From NCBI GenBank assembly GCA_964535855.1, contig CAZHVH010000001.1:1-36666 (forward strand): a DNA stretch of 36,666 bases, in the 5' to 3' direction. This document shows, one piece after another, positions 26,675 through 34,756 of the stretch. Source of the DNA: an uncultured bacterium. GTDB taxonomy: Bacteria > Poribacteria > WGA-4E > B28-G17. The notes under the pieces were generated by a model, which was not told the origin of the DNA, did no database searches, and saw only the letters and a list, made by a program, of their open reading frames with translations. The number at the start of each line of letters is the position of its first letter. Position 1 is the first letter of the stretch. The translations under genes and the position numbers were made by a program.

Positions 26675-27512
26675 CCTCCGTCTCCCGTCCCGTTTTCAAA
26701 GCCTCGACTATTTTTTTTAATTGTCCCCCGATCTGAGCGTCTATCTGACCGGTGGATGTGATCACAACGCATCCCCCTGGTTCGACACTCTCATCTTGGA
26801 CTATATCGATTATCCTGGACTCAGCTACTTCTGCGAACAGATCATCTTTAAATTTATCCAGATGTTTCATGTCCTTCGGATTGACTTTGATTACCAACCG
26901 ATCGTTTTCGAGGGAGTACTTGATAACAGCCTTGACCAGGTTTTTGATAACTCTGCCTGAGTCGATTTCATCTTGAATCACCTTACGCGCTATTGAAAGG
27001 GAAAGGTCCACAAGTTCGGGCTCGGCCTCCTGAAGGATCTTCTGCCTCTGGTCAATCACGCTTCTAGCTATTGCCTTTAGCTCCTGTATGGCCTCGCGAA
27101 ATTCTGCCTTCCCTTTTTCGAATCCCTCATCATATCCTCTTCTGTATCCGGTTTCATATCCCTCTTCCCGTCCCTTTTCCACCCCCTGGGCATGCCCGCT
27201 ATTGAATCCTTCTTCTCTGCCCTGTTCAAATCCCTCTCGATATGCTCGAGCTTTAATCTCCTCGGCCTCATTCCGCGCCTTTTCCAGAATCGATCGTTTT
27301 TCGTCCTCGGCCTCCCGAAGCGCTTTCTGCTTTATGCTTTCAGCATCCTGACGAGCTCTCTTCAGGATTTCCTCTGCTTCCTGTTGAGCCCTCTTGATTT
27401 TCTCCTCAATCTCTTTGAGATCCGGTTCAACCTTCTCGACTTCCGTTTTTTTCTCAAAGCCGATCAGCACAGGCTCCGGTATCACCCTGATATTGCGAAG
27501 GATCCTGGCCAC
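26649..27512 (-). CDS. fliH: Flagellar export ATPase regulator FliH
   Basis: Charged N-terminal helices are followed by an A-x3-G-(x3-G)10 glycine repeat. It overlaps fliI by 26 nt. Confidence 0.85.
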   Translation of the reverse strand: MARILRNIRVIPEPVLIGFEKKTEVEKVEPDLKEIEEKIKRAQQEAEEILKRARQDAESIKQKALREAEDEKRSILEKARNEAEEIKARAYREGFEQGREEGFNSGHAQGVEKGREEGYETGYRRGYDEGFEKGKAEFREAIQELKAIARSVIDQRQKILQEAEPELVDLSLSIARKVIQDEIDSGRVIKNLVKAVIKYSLENDRLVIKVNPKDMKHLDKFKDDLFAEVAESRIIDIVQDESVEPGGCVVITSTGQIDAQIGGQLKKIVEALKTGRETEDVEGVDRS

Positions 27513-27530
27513 GATCTCCTCCCTATCCTT

Positions 27531-28517
27531 TTATATCACTTCCTCCTCCACGAGGGATCTTGAAACTGTTATCTCGCCGTTGGCTTCAAGATCTCTTATC
27601 ACATCGAGTATCTTCCTCCTCGCCTCGTTGACCTGAGATGCTGGTACAGGTCCCATATCGATCTCCATCTCTATATCTCGTCTTAGCCTGGATGGAAGGG
27701 CGTTGAGGAACTTACTGGTAACCTCCGGTGAAGCTCTCCTCAAAGCCGCTGGCAGCAGGCTTGTATCGATTCTGCGTATAACGATTCTCTTCATGTCGGA
27801 ATCAGAGATATTGACTATATCCTCAAAGGTGAACATTTTATCGCGCACACGCTGAGCTAGGAGCGGGTCCATACTTCCCAATATGGTTTTCTGTAGGTTG
27901 GCATCGGCCCGCACGAGGATCTGAGCCAACCTGCCTGTTCCGTCTCCAAGCCCGCCCCTTGCTCCGGAAGATACCTTTTGTAGCTTTTCTTTAAGCGCCT
28001 CCTCAACCTGTTTCAGGGCATCCGGGGTAACTCTTTCGAGCTCAGCTATCCTACGGGCGACGTCGTTACGTCTGCTAGGTGGATCTATACGTGATAAGAC
28101 CTGGGCGGCTTTATCGGGAGACAGGCTGGAAAGGACAACCGCTATAGTTTGAGGGTGTTCGTTCTGAATATAGGTGTATATATCATTGGGGTCAGCATCC
28201 CTTAAAAAGGCGAAGGGGGCTGTGGAAAGCAGATGTCTGATCTGTTCGGTCTTGCGTCTGCCGGCGTATGAACCGTATGCCGCTTCCAGTATCTTTTGGA
28301 TATCGACGAGATCACCATATATGTCATGTTGTTCCTTCAATTCGTAGAACTCCCTCAGAACCCTATCCCTTTCCTCAGGGAGTGCATTTTTAGCCCCCTG
28401 GGCCAGCTCATATATCACAGCATCTCGGGCCTCTTCCCATAGCAGTTTAATCACTTCGGCGGCCGCCTCATTCCCAAGAAGGGTCAACAGCACAGCGGCC
28501 TTTCTTGCACCTTTCAT
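27531..28517 (-). CDS. fliG: Flagellar motor switch protein FliG
   Basis: 328 aa. The N-terminus is ARKAAVLLTLLGNEAAAEVIKLL. The middle and C-terminal domains include MFTFEDIVNISDSDMKRIV. Confidence 0.92.
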   Translation of the reverse strand: MKGARKAAVLLTLLGNEAAAEVIKLLWEEARDAVIYELAQGAKNALPEERDRVLREFYELKEQHDIYGDLVDIQKILEAAYGSYAGRRKTEQIRHLLSTAPFAFLRDADPNDIYTYIQNEHPQTIAVVLSSLSPDKAAQVLSRIDPPSRRNDVARRIAELERVTPDALKQVEEALKEKLQKVSSGARGGLGDGTGRLAQILVRADANLQKTILGSMDPLLAQRVRDKMFTFEDIVNISDSDMKRIVIRRIDTSLLPAALRRASPEVTSKFLNALPSRLRRDIEMEIDMGPVPASQVNEARRKILDVIRDLEANGEITVSRSLVEEEVI

Positions 28518-28520
28518 CTC

Positions 28521-30200
28521 TTATTCCTCCTTTTCCTCCTCCGTGATCCAGCGGCCGATTATCTCGGCCACTATATCGGGATGTTCCCTCGCAAAATTTA
28601 TTATCTCCTCAAGCTGTTTTCGTTTCCGTTCCTCCTCCTCTCGTTTTTTCCGTTCCTCCTCTTCCTGCTTTCTCCGTTTCTCTTCTTCCTGCCTTAGTCT
28701 TTCCTCCTCTTCCTTTCTCAGCCTCTCCTCCTCAAGTTTCCTTATTCTCTCTTCCTCCTCTCGCATCGCTTCAATAAGCCCCGGTATCGGAACTTCAACG
28801 CCAGGTCTTACCTCCTCAGGAGCAGCAGGTGGCACTTTCTCTATCAGGATAGATCTGAGGAAAAGCAGGACTGCTATCACTATCAGGGCTATGACCCCCA
28901 TTTTAAGCGGTTCATGCCACCAGACCTCGGCCTGAGCTGCCATTTCAGGCTCGCGCAATAAGCTTGCCGGCTCAACCACCACGCTTTCGGAACTGTTCGG
29001 ATAGCTATTTGAGACCAGATTGCTCACTATCTTCTTAATGCTGTCCTTATACCCTTCGATGGAACGGTCGATCAAAATCGAGACGGAAACTTTCTTCACC
29101 TCAGGCGATTTCTCTATTTCCTCTTTAACTCTGTTTACCTCGTAATTAATAGTCTGCTCTCTGAGTTCATACTCCGATTCCTGAGGAGCTTCCGTTTCGA
29201 CATACCCTGGGATATTAGAAGTGACTCCCGGCACTCCGCCTGGCTGTCCTCCCGGAGTTCCCTTGCCGGTGTAGAACTCACGCCGTTCCTGCTTGCTTAT
29301 CGGTATTCCCTCCTCACCGACGACAGGGCTATAGAGTTCCCTCCGGATTTTGTGGGATGTCAGATCCAATTCGACATCCACCATCACGATGACCTTTTCG
29401 GGGCCGTATGCCTGTGCAAGAGCGCTCTGAATTTTGCCCTTCAAATCCATCTCATAATCCTTCTTTATCTTCCTCTGATCCTGGGTCAACTCCAGCTTAT
29501 CCAGACCGGCTGATTTATCCTTTATCAGGTGCGACAGATAAATACCATCGACGGTGATGCTTATCGTCTCCGAGCTCAACTTTAGCCCTGGGACCGCCCT
29601 CGCTACGAAACTAGCTATAGCTTGTATGTATTGGGGTTTAAATCTATCGCTCCCATCAGTTGTGATCATGATGCTTGCAGTGGTAGGCTCCTGTTCTTCT
29701 AGGAAGAGCCTTCTGCGCGGCATCGTGATCAGGACCCTGACGTACTTAACGCCAGGGAAATGCCTTATAGTTCTTTCTAACTCAGTTTGAAGGGCCGCTT
29801 GCAGGTTTATCCGCTGCTGTTGATCGGTCACCCCCAGCCTTGTCCGCTCGAACAGTTCGAATCCCGGGTGTTTAGCTTCCTCCTTGGGTAATCCCGCCGT
29901 TGCCAGCTCTACATAGGCCTTTTGAAGGTCTTTTTTCGGCACTCTGACCTCATTCTTATCCCTCGAGACCTGAACGTCTATCCCTACCTCCGCTAGTTTC
30001 GCTACCACATCTCTCAGATCGCTGCTGGTGAGGTCTGTATACAACACAGCGTATTCGGGTTTGTTAAACAAAAATCCGGTGATAATGAGGGTTATCAGGG
30101 CAGCAGCCACGACCGCTACTATAATGACCTTATATGCCGGTGGGAATTTATTCCAGAACTCACCAACGCTTTCTGTAAAATGCTGGAGTTGTTCTCGCAT
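28521..30200 (-). CDS. fliF: MS-ring protein FliF with a C-terminal ER/K-rich insertion
   Basis: 559 aa. TM1 is VIIVAVVAAALITLIITGF and TM2 is MGVIALIVIAVLLFLRSIL, with periplasmic ring-building domains between them. The C-terminal FliG-binding-type helix is IINFAREHPDIVAEIIGRWITEE. Confidence 0.92.
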   Translation of the reverse strand: MREQLQHFTESVGEFWNKFPPAYKVIIVAVVAAALITLIITGFLFNKPEYAVLYTDLTSSDLRDVVAKLAEVGIDVQVSRDKNEVRVPKKDLQKAYVELATAGLPKEEAKHPGFELFERTRLGVTDQQQRINLQAALQTELERTIRHFPGVKYVRVLITMPRRRLFLEEQEPTTASIMITTDGSDRFKPQYIQAIASFVARAVPGLKLSSETISITVDGIYLSHLIKDKSAGLDKLELTQDQRKIKKDYEMDLKGKIQSALAQAYGPEKVIVMVDVELDLTSHKIRRELYSPVVGEEGIPISKQERREFYTGKGTPGGQPGGVPGVTSNIPGYVETEAPQESEYELREQTINYEVNRVKEEIEKSPEVKKVSVSILIDRSIEGYKDSIKKIVSNLVSNSYPNSSESVVVEPASLLREPEMAAQAEVWWHEPLKMGVIALIVIAVLLFLRSILIEKVPPAAPEEVRPGVEVPIPGLIEAMREEEERIRKLEEERLRKEEEERLRQEEEKRRKQEEEERKKREEEERKRKQLEEIINFAREHPDIVAEIIGRWITEEEKEE

Positions 30201-30219
30201 TTCAGTGCTCCTTATAATA

Positions 30220-30513
30220 TTATACCTGCATATGCATTATCTCCTGATACGCATCCACTAATCTGTTTCTCACTTCAACTAAGAACTGAAGGGCTAGCCT
30301 AGCTTCCTCTATCGCTATCATCACTTCATGGGTATTTTCCACTTTTCCTAGAGCGAAGTTAACCGCCATCTCATCGGCTTTAAGCTGCATCCTATTTATC
30401 CTGGAGAGCGCCTCTTTGATCGTATCCTTGAACGACTTAGTCTGTACACCTAAAGAGCGTTGAAGCCCAATCTCAGAGAAACCCACAGTTGGTTTTATCG
30501 CCTCTATCCTCAT
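30220..30513 (-). CDS. fliE: Flagellar hook-basal body protein FliE
   Basis: 97 aa. The C-terminus HEVMIAIEEARLALQFLVEVRNRLVDAYQEIMHMQV is typical of FliE. Confidence 0.85.
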   Translation of the reverse strand: MRIEAIKPTVGFSEIGLQRSLGVQTKSFKDTIKEALSRINRMQLKADEMAVNFALGKVENTHEVMIAIEEARLALQFLVEVRNRLVDAYQEIMHMQV

Positions 30514-30524
30514 AAATCACCCCC

Positions 30525-30926
30525 TTATCTCATGACCATATCGAGCCTTTGGTATTTAGCAGACAGCAACCTTGTCGTTATCACGTAATACATTGAGTTT
30601 TTATATAGCTCCGCCATTTCCCTGTCTATATCGACATTGTTTTTATCGTTCCGCATAGATGTATCGTTTTCCCGAAACAGCCTTGGCTTAACATCTTGTA
30701 TTCCGGGAGTCCCAATCGGGATATGCTTAGGGCGCGTGGTTATGCCTCTGAAAACGCCCTTGTCCAAGGCAAGGCGAAGCTGATGTTTAAAATCAACATC
30801 TAGTCTTTTATACCTCGGCGTATCAACGTTGGCTATGTTATGAGCCAACGCCTGATGCCGCAATGAAGCCCCGTCTAAAGCCTTTTTCAGGACGAGAAAC
30901 GTTTCGCTGTTAAATACCTTTAGCAT
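30525..30926 (-). CDS. flgB: Proximal rod protein FlgB
   Basis: 133 aa. It carries the rod N-terminal motif LRHQALAHNIANVDTPRYKRLDVDF. Confidence 0.85.
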   Translation of the reverse strand: MLKVFNSETFLVLKKALDGASLRHQALAHNIANVDTPRYKRLDVDFKHQLRLALDKGVFRGITTRPKHIPIGTPGIQDVKPRLFRENDTSMRNDKNNVDIDREMAELYKNSMYYVITTRLLSAKYQRLDMVMR

Positions 30927-30931
30927 CTTTC

Positions 30932-31372
30932 TTACCCCCTCTTGTCGAGAAACCTGCTGTTAGACCTTATTTCACCTTTGATGTAGGCCTCACCAGCTCT
31001 GGCGATATCCGTAAGCCCTGCACCGGTTTTCCTCAAAACCGACATCATCTTCATCAATCTATCCTCCGCCCTCCGATCCAGGCTTAATATTGAATTGATA
31101 AGTTTCTCCTGATCCTTAATAAGGGAAACCACTCGCTCGGAAAGCTCTGAAGGGAGTTTTGAACGCAGTTTGTTCCAACTTGCCTTTAAGTCTTTGATGT
31201 CTTCATCTATCTGGGACAATCGGTCGATAAGCTCGGCTCTCTCGCTCATCAGAGACATAAACCCTTCAACATCAGAGCGGTCGAGGGCGGAAAGTTGATC
31301 TTCAGCTATGCTTAGGATCCGCTCGTATATCTCGTTTTCACTGCGAAGAGAGGCTAGAAGCTTGGATATCAC
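30932..31372 (-). CDS. flgN: FlgN-family-like export chaperone (tentative)
   Basis: 146 aa and all-helical. LLASLRSENEIYERILSIAEDQLSALDRSDVEGFMSLMSERAELIDRLSQI fits the FlgN pattern. The GTG start follows GGGGGGAAGAG. It overlaps the upstream gene by 35 nt. Confidence 0.5.
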   Translation of the reverse strand: MISKLLASLRSENEIYERILSIAEDQLSALDRSDVEGFMSLMSERAELIDRLSQIDEDIKDLKASWNKLRSKLPSELSERVVSLIKDQEKLINSILSLDRRAEDRLMKMMSVLRKTGAGLTDIARAGEAYIKGEIRSNSRFLDKRG

Positions 31373-32915
31373 CTCTTCCCCCCAGATCCTTGATGATTTT
31401 TTTGATCTTATCTGCCTCGCTACTTTGACCCGTCCTTACGTAGCACTCCGCCATCTGTTCGAGAGCGTAGAGCTTAAAGTTTCCCTGAGCACCCTGCCTG
31501 TAAGCTTCAACCGCCTTCTCGTACTCCCCCTTTCTGAACATTATGTCTCCGACGAGCAGGTACAGCTTGAGAAGAGATCTTCTGATCTCAGGTGAAACCC
31601 TGCCGATATCAGCGATTCTCTCGATGAAATTTCTGGATACTTCAAGGGCCCGATCGTAATCTCCTATTTCAAAGTAGGAGTCAGCCAGTCTATATCCATT
31701 TTCGTAATCGAGTCTCTTACAATTCCAGGCGATTCTGTATGCCTTTACGGCATTACCATACTGACCCAATTCGTAATATGCCTGTCCTAACAGCGATGCT
31801 ATGTCGATCCTGCGGCTTATATCGTCTTCAGCCAGCTTAGAGGCTTCTCTAAGGATTTGAACGGCCTCCCGCAGATGAGGAACATCTCCTATTTCTATGT
31901 ATGACTGACTCAGCTTTATCATTGATTCGAGCATCAGAGGAGCATAACCATTCGCCCGATTTCTGCTCACACAGGGTTTGAGATACTTGACGGCTTCGTC
32001 CGGAGAACCTAACTCCAGGTAAATTTCACCCAGCCTCAGCATTGAGGTCATAGCTTCAAGCTTATACAGCTCGTACTTTTTTTCCTCTATGGATTTCAAG
32101 GCGATCTTATATGCCTTCATCCTCTTCGGCAGGCTTTTCGGATCAAAAGCGTAGGAATCACCTGCCGCGATGGCAACGCTGGGAGTCAAAGCGCTTTCCG
32201 GGAAATCCTCCAGGAACGATTCAAACGTCGCCTGAGCTTCCTCCACATCACCCATGTCCCAAAGGCATCGTCCTAGCATGTAACGAGAATCGTCAGCAAG
32301 TTTGAGCGAAGATCCACCATGATCCTTCACCATGCGGTAATATTCAGCTGCTTTCCGGACATCTCCACGCATGTATAAAGTCGTTCCAACCCAGAAGGCA
32401 GCGAACTCGGCTTCCATAGAGTCGGGATATGCTTCTATGGCTTCCCTATAAGAGGTTATGACTCCATTTTTCCCCAGGAGGGTGGACTCATAGAGTTCCT
32501 CGCGCTTCAAGGCTTTCAGCACGGGAAGCTGAGAACGGAGGGAATCGCCCACTCTGAACATTACGAATTTACGATAGGGCACATCCAGCCTGTTACGGAC
32601 ATCATAAGCCGCCAACTTAAATCCGGCATGAGCAGCAACTAGGTAATCGAGGGCACTTTTGAGAGTCCTCTCCTTTTCGTCCCCGTGAAGCAATTCAGCT
32701 TTTTGGGTTTCCTCTAATCCTTTCTTATAAAGCTCCTCTACGCGAGCGATCTCATAGGTTAACTTTTCTTTCTGCCGATTCGCCTCGTAGATCTGCTCAA
32801 GAGCACTGAGTGATTCCTCGTAATGCCCAGACTTGATTCCGAAGGAAATATCATCTAGCCCCCAACCACCAGAGCAAATCACTATTAAAGTGAAAATCAC
32901 GGATAAACCCGCCAT
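31338..32915 (-). CDS. TPR-repeat protein with an N-terminal hydrophobic signal or anchor; first gene of the flagellar operon
   Basis: 525 aa. The N-terminus is MAGLSVIFTLIVICSGGWG. It has many TPR-like units (LGQAYYELGQYGNAVKAYRIAW, LADSYFEIGDYDRALEV, VGDIMFRKGEYEKAVEAYRQG, MAECYVRTGQSSEA). Confidence 0.75.
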   Translation of the reverse strand: MAGLSVIFTLIVICSGGWGLDDISFGIKSGHYEESLSALEQIYEANRQKEKLTYEIARVEELYKKGLEETQKAELLHGDEKERTLKSALDYLVAAHAGFKLAAYDVRNRLDVPYRKFVMFRVGDSLRSQLPVLKALKREELYESTLLGKNGVITSYREAIEAYPDSMEAEFAAFWVGTTLYMRGDVRKAAEYYRMVKDHGGSSLKLADDSRYMLGRCLWDMGDVEEAQATFESFLEDFPESALTPSVAIAAGDSYAFDPKSLPKRMKAYKIALKSIEEKKYELYKLEAMTSMLRLGEIYLELGSPDEAVKYLKPCVSRNRANGYAPLMLESMIKLSQSYIEIGDVPHLREAVQILREASKLAEDDISRRIDIASLLGQAYYELGQYGNAVKAYRIAWNCKRLDYENGYRLADSYFEIGDYDRALEVSRNFIERIADIGRVSPEIRRSLLKLYLLVGDIMFRKGEYEKAVEAYRQGAQGNFKLYALEQMAECYVRTGQSSEADKIKKIIKDLGGRGDIQASSLSSQ

Positions 32916-32962
32916 GGCCCCCGCCTTATAAGCCCATCCTTTTCGGTCTTTTGAACAAAAAC

Positions 32963-32991
32963 ATTTTACAACATCTCAATGGCAATGTCAA
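32963..32991 (-). promoter_or_regulatory. Sigma-70-type promoter of the long flagellar operon
   Basis: The minus strand reads TTGACA-TTGCCATTGAGATGTTG-TAAAAT, with a 17-nt spacer. An A/T tract (GGAAAAATTTTTG) lies just upstream. The -10 element is 47 nt before the TPR gene ATG. Confidence 0.65.
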
Positions 32992-33004
32992 ACAAAAATT
33001 TTTC

Positions 33005-33703
33005 CTATAACCCCTTTTGCTCTGCCTTCAGCACAGCCCATGTGACGGGAAGTTTTCCATCGAGCTCCACGGGCAGGTTTATTCGAAACTGGCGTATGTT
33101 TTCCCCTTCGACCTTTATCTCCTCGAAGTGAATCGGGTGCTGGCATGCCACGACTCCCAATCCCACTTTCCCCTCTTTGAACCCTTTCCTCTCGAAGTCG
33201 GCATCACCCACCCTCATACGTAATACCCCGTTCAGGTGGACCCAGATCCACATCCCGTCCAGCTTAACCTTGATGTGATCCTCCGGGAATTTCACCTCCG
33301 ATGGCTCCATCCTTATTGTGTTGAAGCTTCCATTTATGAGCTTATATACGGTCAATCCGTCAGCGTTCAGCTTTAGCGCGTAACCGTTCAGCTCATCCAC
33401 CATTCTGAAAAGAAGCAACGCCTGATCGCTCTCCTCCGCCCCTTCCTCAAATCTGACCGTGAGCTCTATGGTGCCGTTCGCTATATTCCATGGGCTTTGT
33501 AAAAGGGTGTAGAAGGCGCCGGAGAGGTTCCTGGCTTCCATCGGCAGATCCTGACTCTGGACGTAGGCACCCCCTTCAACTTTCCACTCACCCGATATGA
33601 CCTTCCATCCGTAGTTATCGCCGTCCTCGAAATCGTCTATGAAGATCCCACCGAAGGCCGGGGTTAGGGAAAGAAGAAGCAAAGGTAACACTAGGCTTTT
33701 CAT
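33005..33703 (-). CDS. Secreted DUF1080/LamG-like (concanavalin-A-like lectin-glucanase fold) protein
   Basis: Signal peptide MKSLVLPLLLLSLTPAFG. FIDDFEDGDNYGWKVISGEWKVEGGAY and the C-terminal GKVGLGVVACQHPIHFEEIKV are typical of this fold family. Confidence 0.6.
   Translation of the reverse strand: MKSLVLPLLLLSLTPAFGGIFIDDFEDGDNYGWKVISGEWKVEGGAYVQSQDLPMEARNLSGAFYTLLQSPWNIANGTIELTVRFEEGAEESDQALLLFRMVDELNGYALKLNADGLTVYKLINGSFNTIRMEPSEVKFPEDHIKVKLDGMWIWVHLNGVLRMRVGDADFERKGFKEGKVGLGVVACQHPIHFEEIKVEGENIRQFRINLPVELDGKLPVTWAVLKAEQKGL
33030..33240. repeat. Right copy of the 211-bp direct repeat (partner at 40..250)
   Basis: It lies inside the 3' third of the intact DUF1080-like gene and is 210/211 identical to 40..250. 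Confidence 0.97.
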
Positions 33704-33715
33704 GGGAAGTTCCTT

Positions 33716-34510
33716 CTATCTGACCTTTACCGAAGCCCAGACCGTGGTAAGCTTTCCCCCAGGTGAAACAGCCAGGTTGACCTTTACAAACTTCAACTCA
33801 GCGAAAACTGATGGATCGGTCCAGCTTCTATCAGCCACGTCTTTAACGCTCCATATCAGCTTGTGATCCCTTGGTCCCTTGTCATCGTCATCGTTTAAGT
33901 GGGTGTTAAACCCGATAACCAAGCCATCGCTCAGTTTGATCCCCCATGTCTCAAGCGGTAGAGCAGCTTCCACAGCCCATCCATAATCGGTGTCCACTAC
34001 GAAAGCTTTCGTCTTGGTGTTAGGCCCTTGAAGCTGCCCCACACATCCTCCCAGCTTGGGGTTATCCGGATCTCCTCCCACGTTGTCCCTTCCTATCGTC
34101 ACCTGCGAGTCGTTCCCGTCATAGGCCCCAGCTTTCTCATTGCCGCCGTCTATATATATCTCTACTGAATCATCCTTCCACACATCGCATCCCGTATCTT
34201 CATCCACCACCTTCTTATCGTCGTAAACCTTGAAAGCGACGTAGAGGAACTGTTCATCGGCGAGACAGGCGAACTCATATGAGGCGTCCTTATCGTCCGG
34301 AGCCGGCTGCGTTCCCATATCATGGGGCACTTTATGCCAGGGAACAGCTTTGGGCCAGTCGTTAAACTTGCCGTCAAGTTTCACGGTATAGGGGAAAGCA
34401 CAGTTATATATGACACCGAGCTTCCCCGGATCTACCCCCGCCGAAAACACAAGCGGATTAACAAAGAACATAACGATTGAGATGGCTGTGAACATAGATC
34501 TTATTTTCAT
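33716..34510 (-). CDS. Secreted carbohydrate-binding family 9 (CBM9/DOMON-like) protein
   Basis: It has a signal peptide. LDGKFNDWPKAVPWHKV ... EQFLYVAFKVYDDKKV ... WKDDSVEIYIDGGN fits the CBM9-like pattern. It ends 12 nt upstream of the DUF1080-like gene. Confidence 0.6.
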   Translation of the reverse strand: MKIRSMFTAISIVMFFVNPLVFSAGVDPGKLGVIYNCAFPYTVKLDGKFNDWPKAVPWHKVPHDMGTQPAPDDKDASYEFACLADEQFLYVAFKVYDDKKVVDEDTGCDVWKDDSVEIYIDGGNEKAGAYDGNDSQVTIGRDNVGGDPDNPKLGGCVGQLQGPNTKTKAFVVDTDYGWAVEAALPLETWGIKLSDGLVIGFNTHLNDDDDKGPRDHKLIWSVKDVADRSWTDPSVFAELKFVKVNLAVSPGGKLTTVWASVKVR

Positions 34511-34544
34511 CGTTAAGCCCCCATTCCGACTTTAACTGAAAGCA

Positions 34545-34573
34545 AATATATCACACTATTCAACATCTGTCAA
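34545..34573 (-). promoter_or_regulatory. Sigma-70-type promoter with extended -10 for the CBM9/DUF1080 gene pair
   Basis: The minus strand reads TTGACA-GATGTTGAATAGTG(TGA)-TATATT, with a 17-nt spacer and a TGn extended -10. An AT-rich stretch lies upstream. The -10 element is 34 nt before the ATG. Confidence 0.6.
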
Positions 34574-34727
34574 GAATATCCTATTTATTTTATTTCCTAA
34601 AGGTAATCCAAAAGCGACCTGCTGTCAGCCAGTTTGAAAACGCCCGCCGTCGGCTGCACGCCGACCACCGTAACTGATTGAAATTAACCGCTGATAACTG
34701 AAAGCTAAAGCAGCTATGCTATGAGCG

Positions 34728-34756
34728 TTGCATTTTACCATAAGGAGTTGTATCAT
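34728..34756 (+). promoter_or_regulatory. Possible sigma-70-type promoter for the oxidoreductase/isomerase pair
   Basis: TTGCAT-17 nt-TATCAT, 30 nt before ATG 34787. An AGGAGGA Shine-Dalgarno lies in between. Confidence 0.35.

Noticed and set aside
28543-28935. A 130-aa Ser/Phe/Leu/Arg-rich plus-strand ORF
   Set aside because: It is the antisense reading of the GAA/GAG/AAG/AGG-rich ER/K segment of fliF. It is a compositional mirror image, not a gene.
251-33029. Classical mobile genetic island or prophage interpretation of the repeat-bounded 33-kb block
   Set aside because: No integrase, recombinase, transposase, tRNA gene or phage-like ORF occurs on either strand. The content is a partial core flagellar gene set. 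I kept only the weaker recombination-scar and deletion-prone-segment hypothesis.
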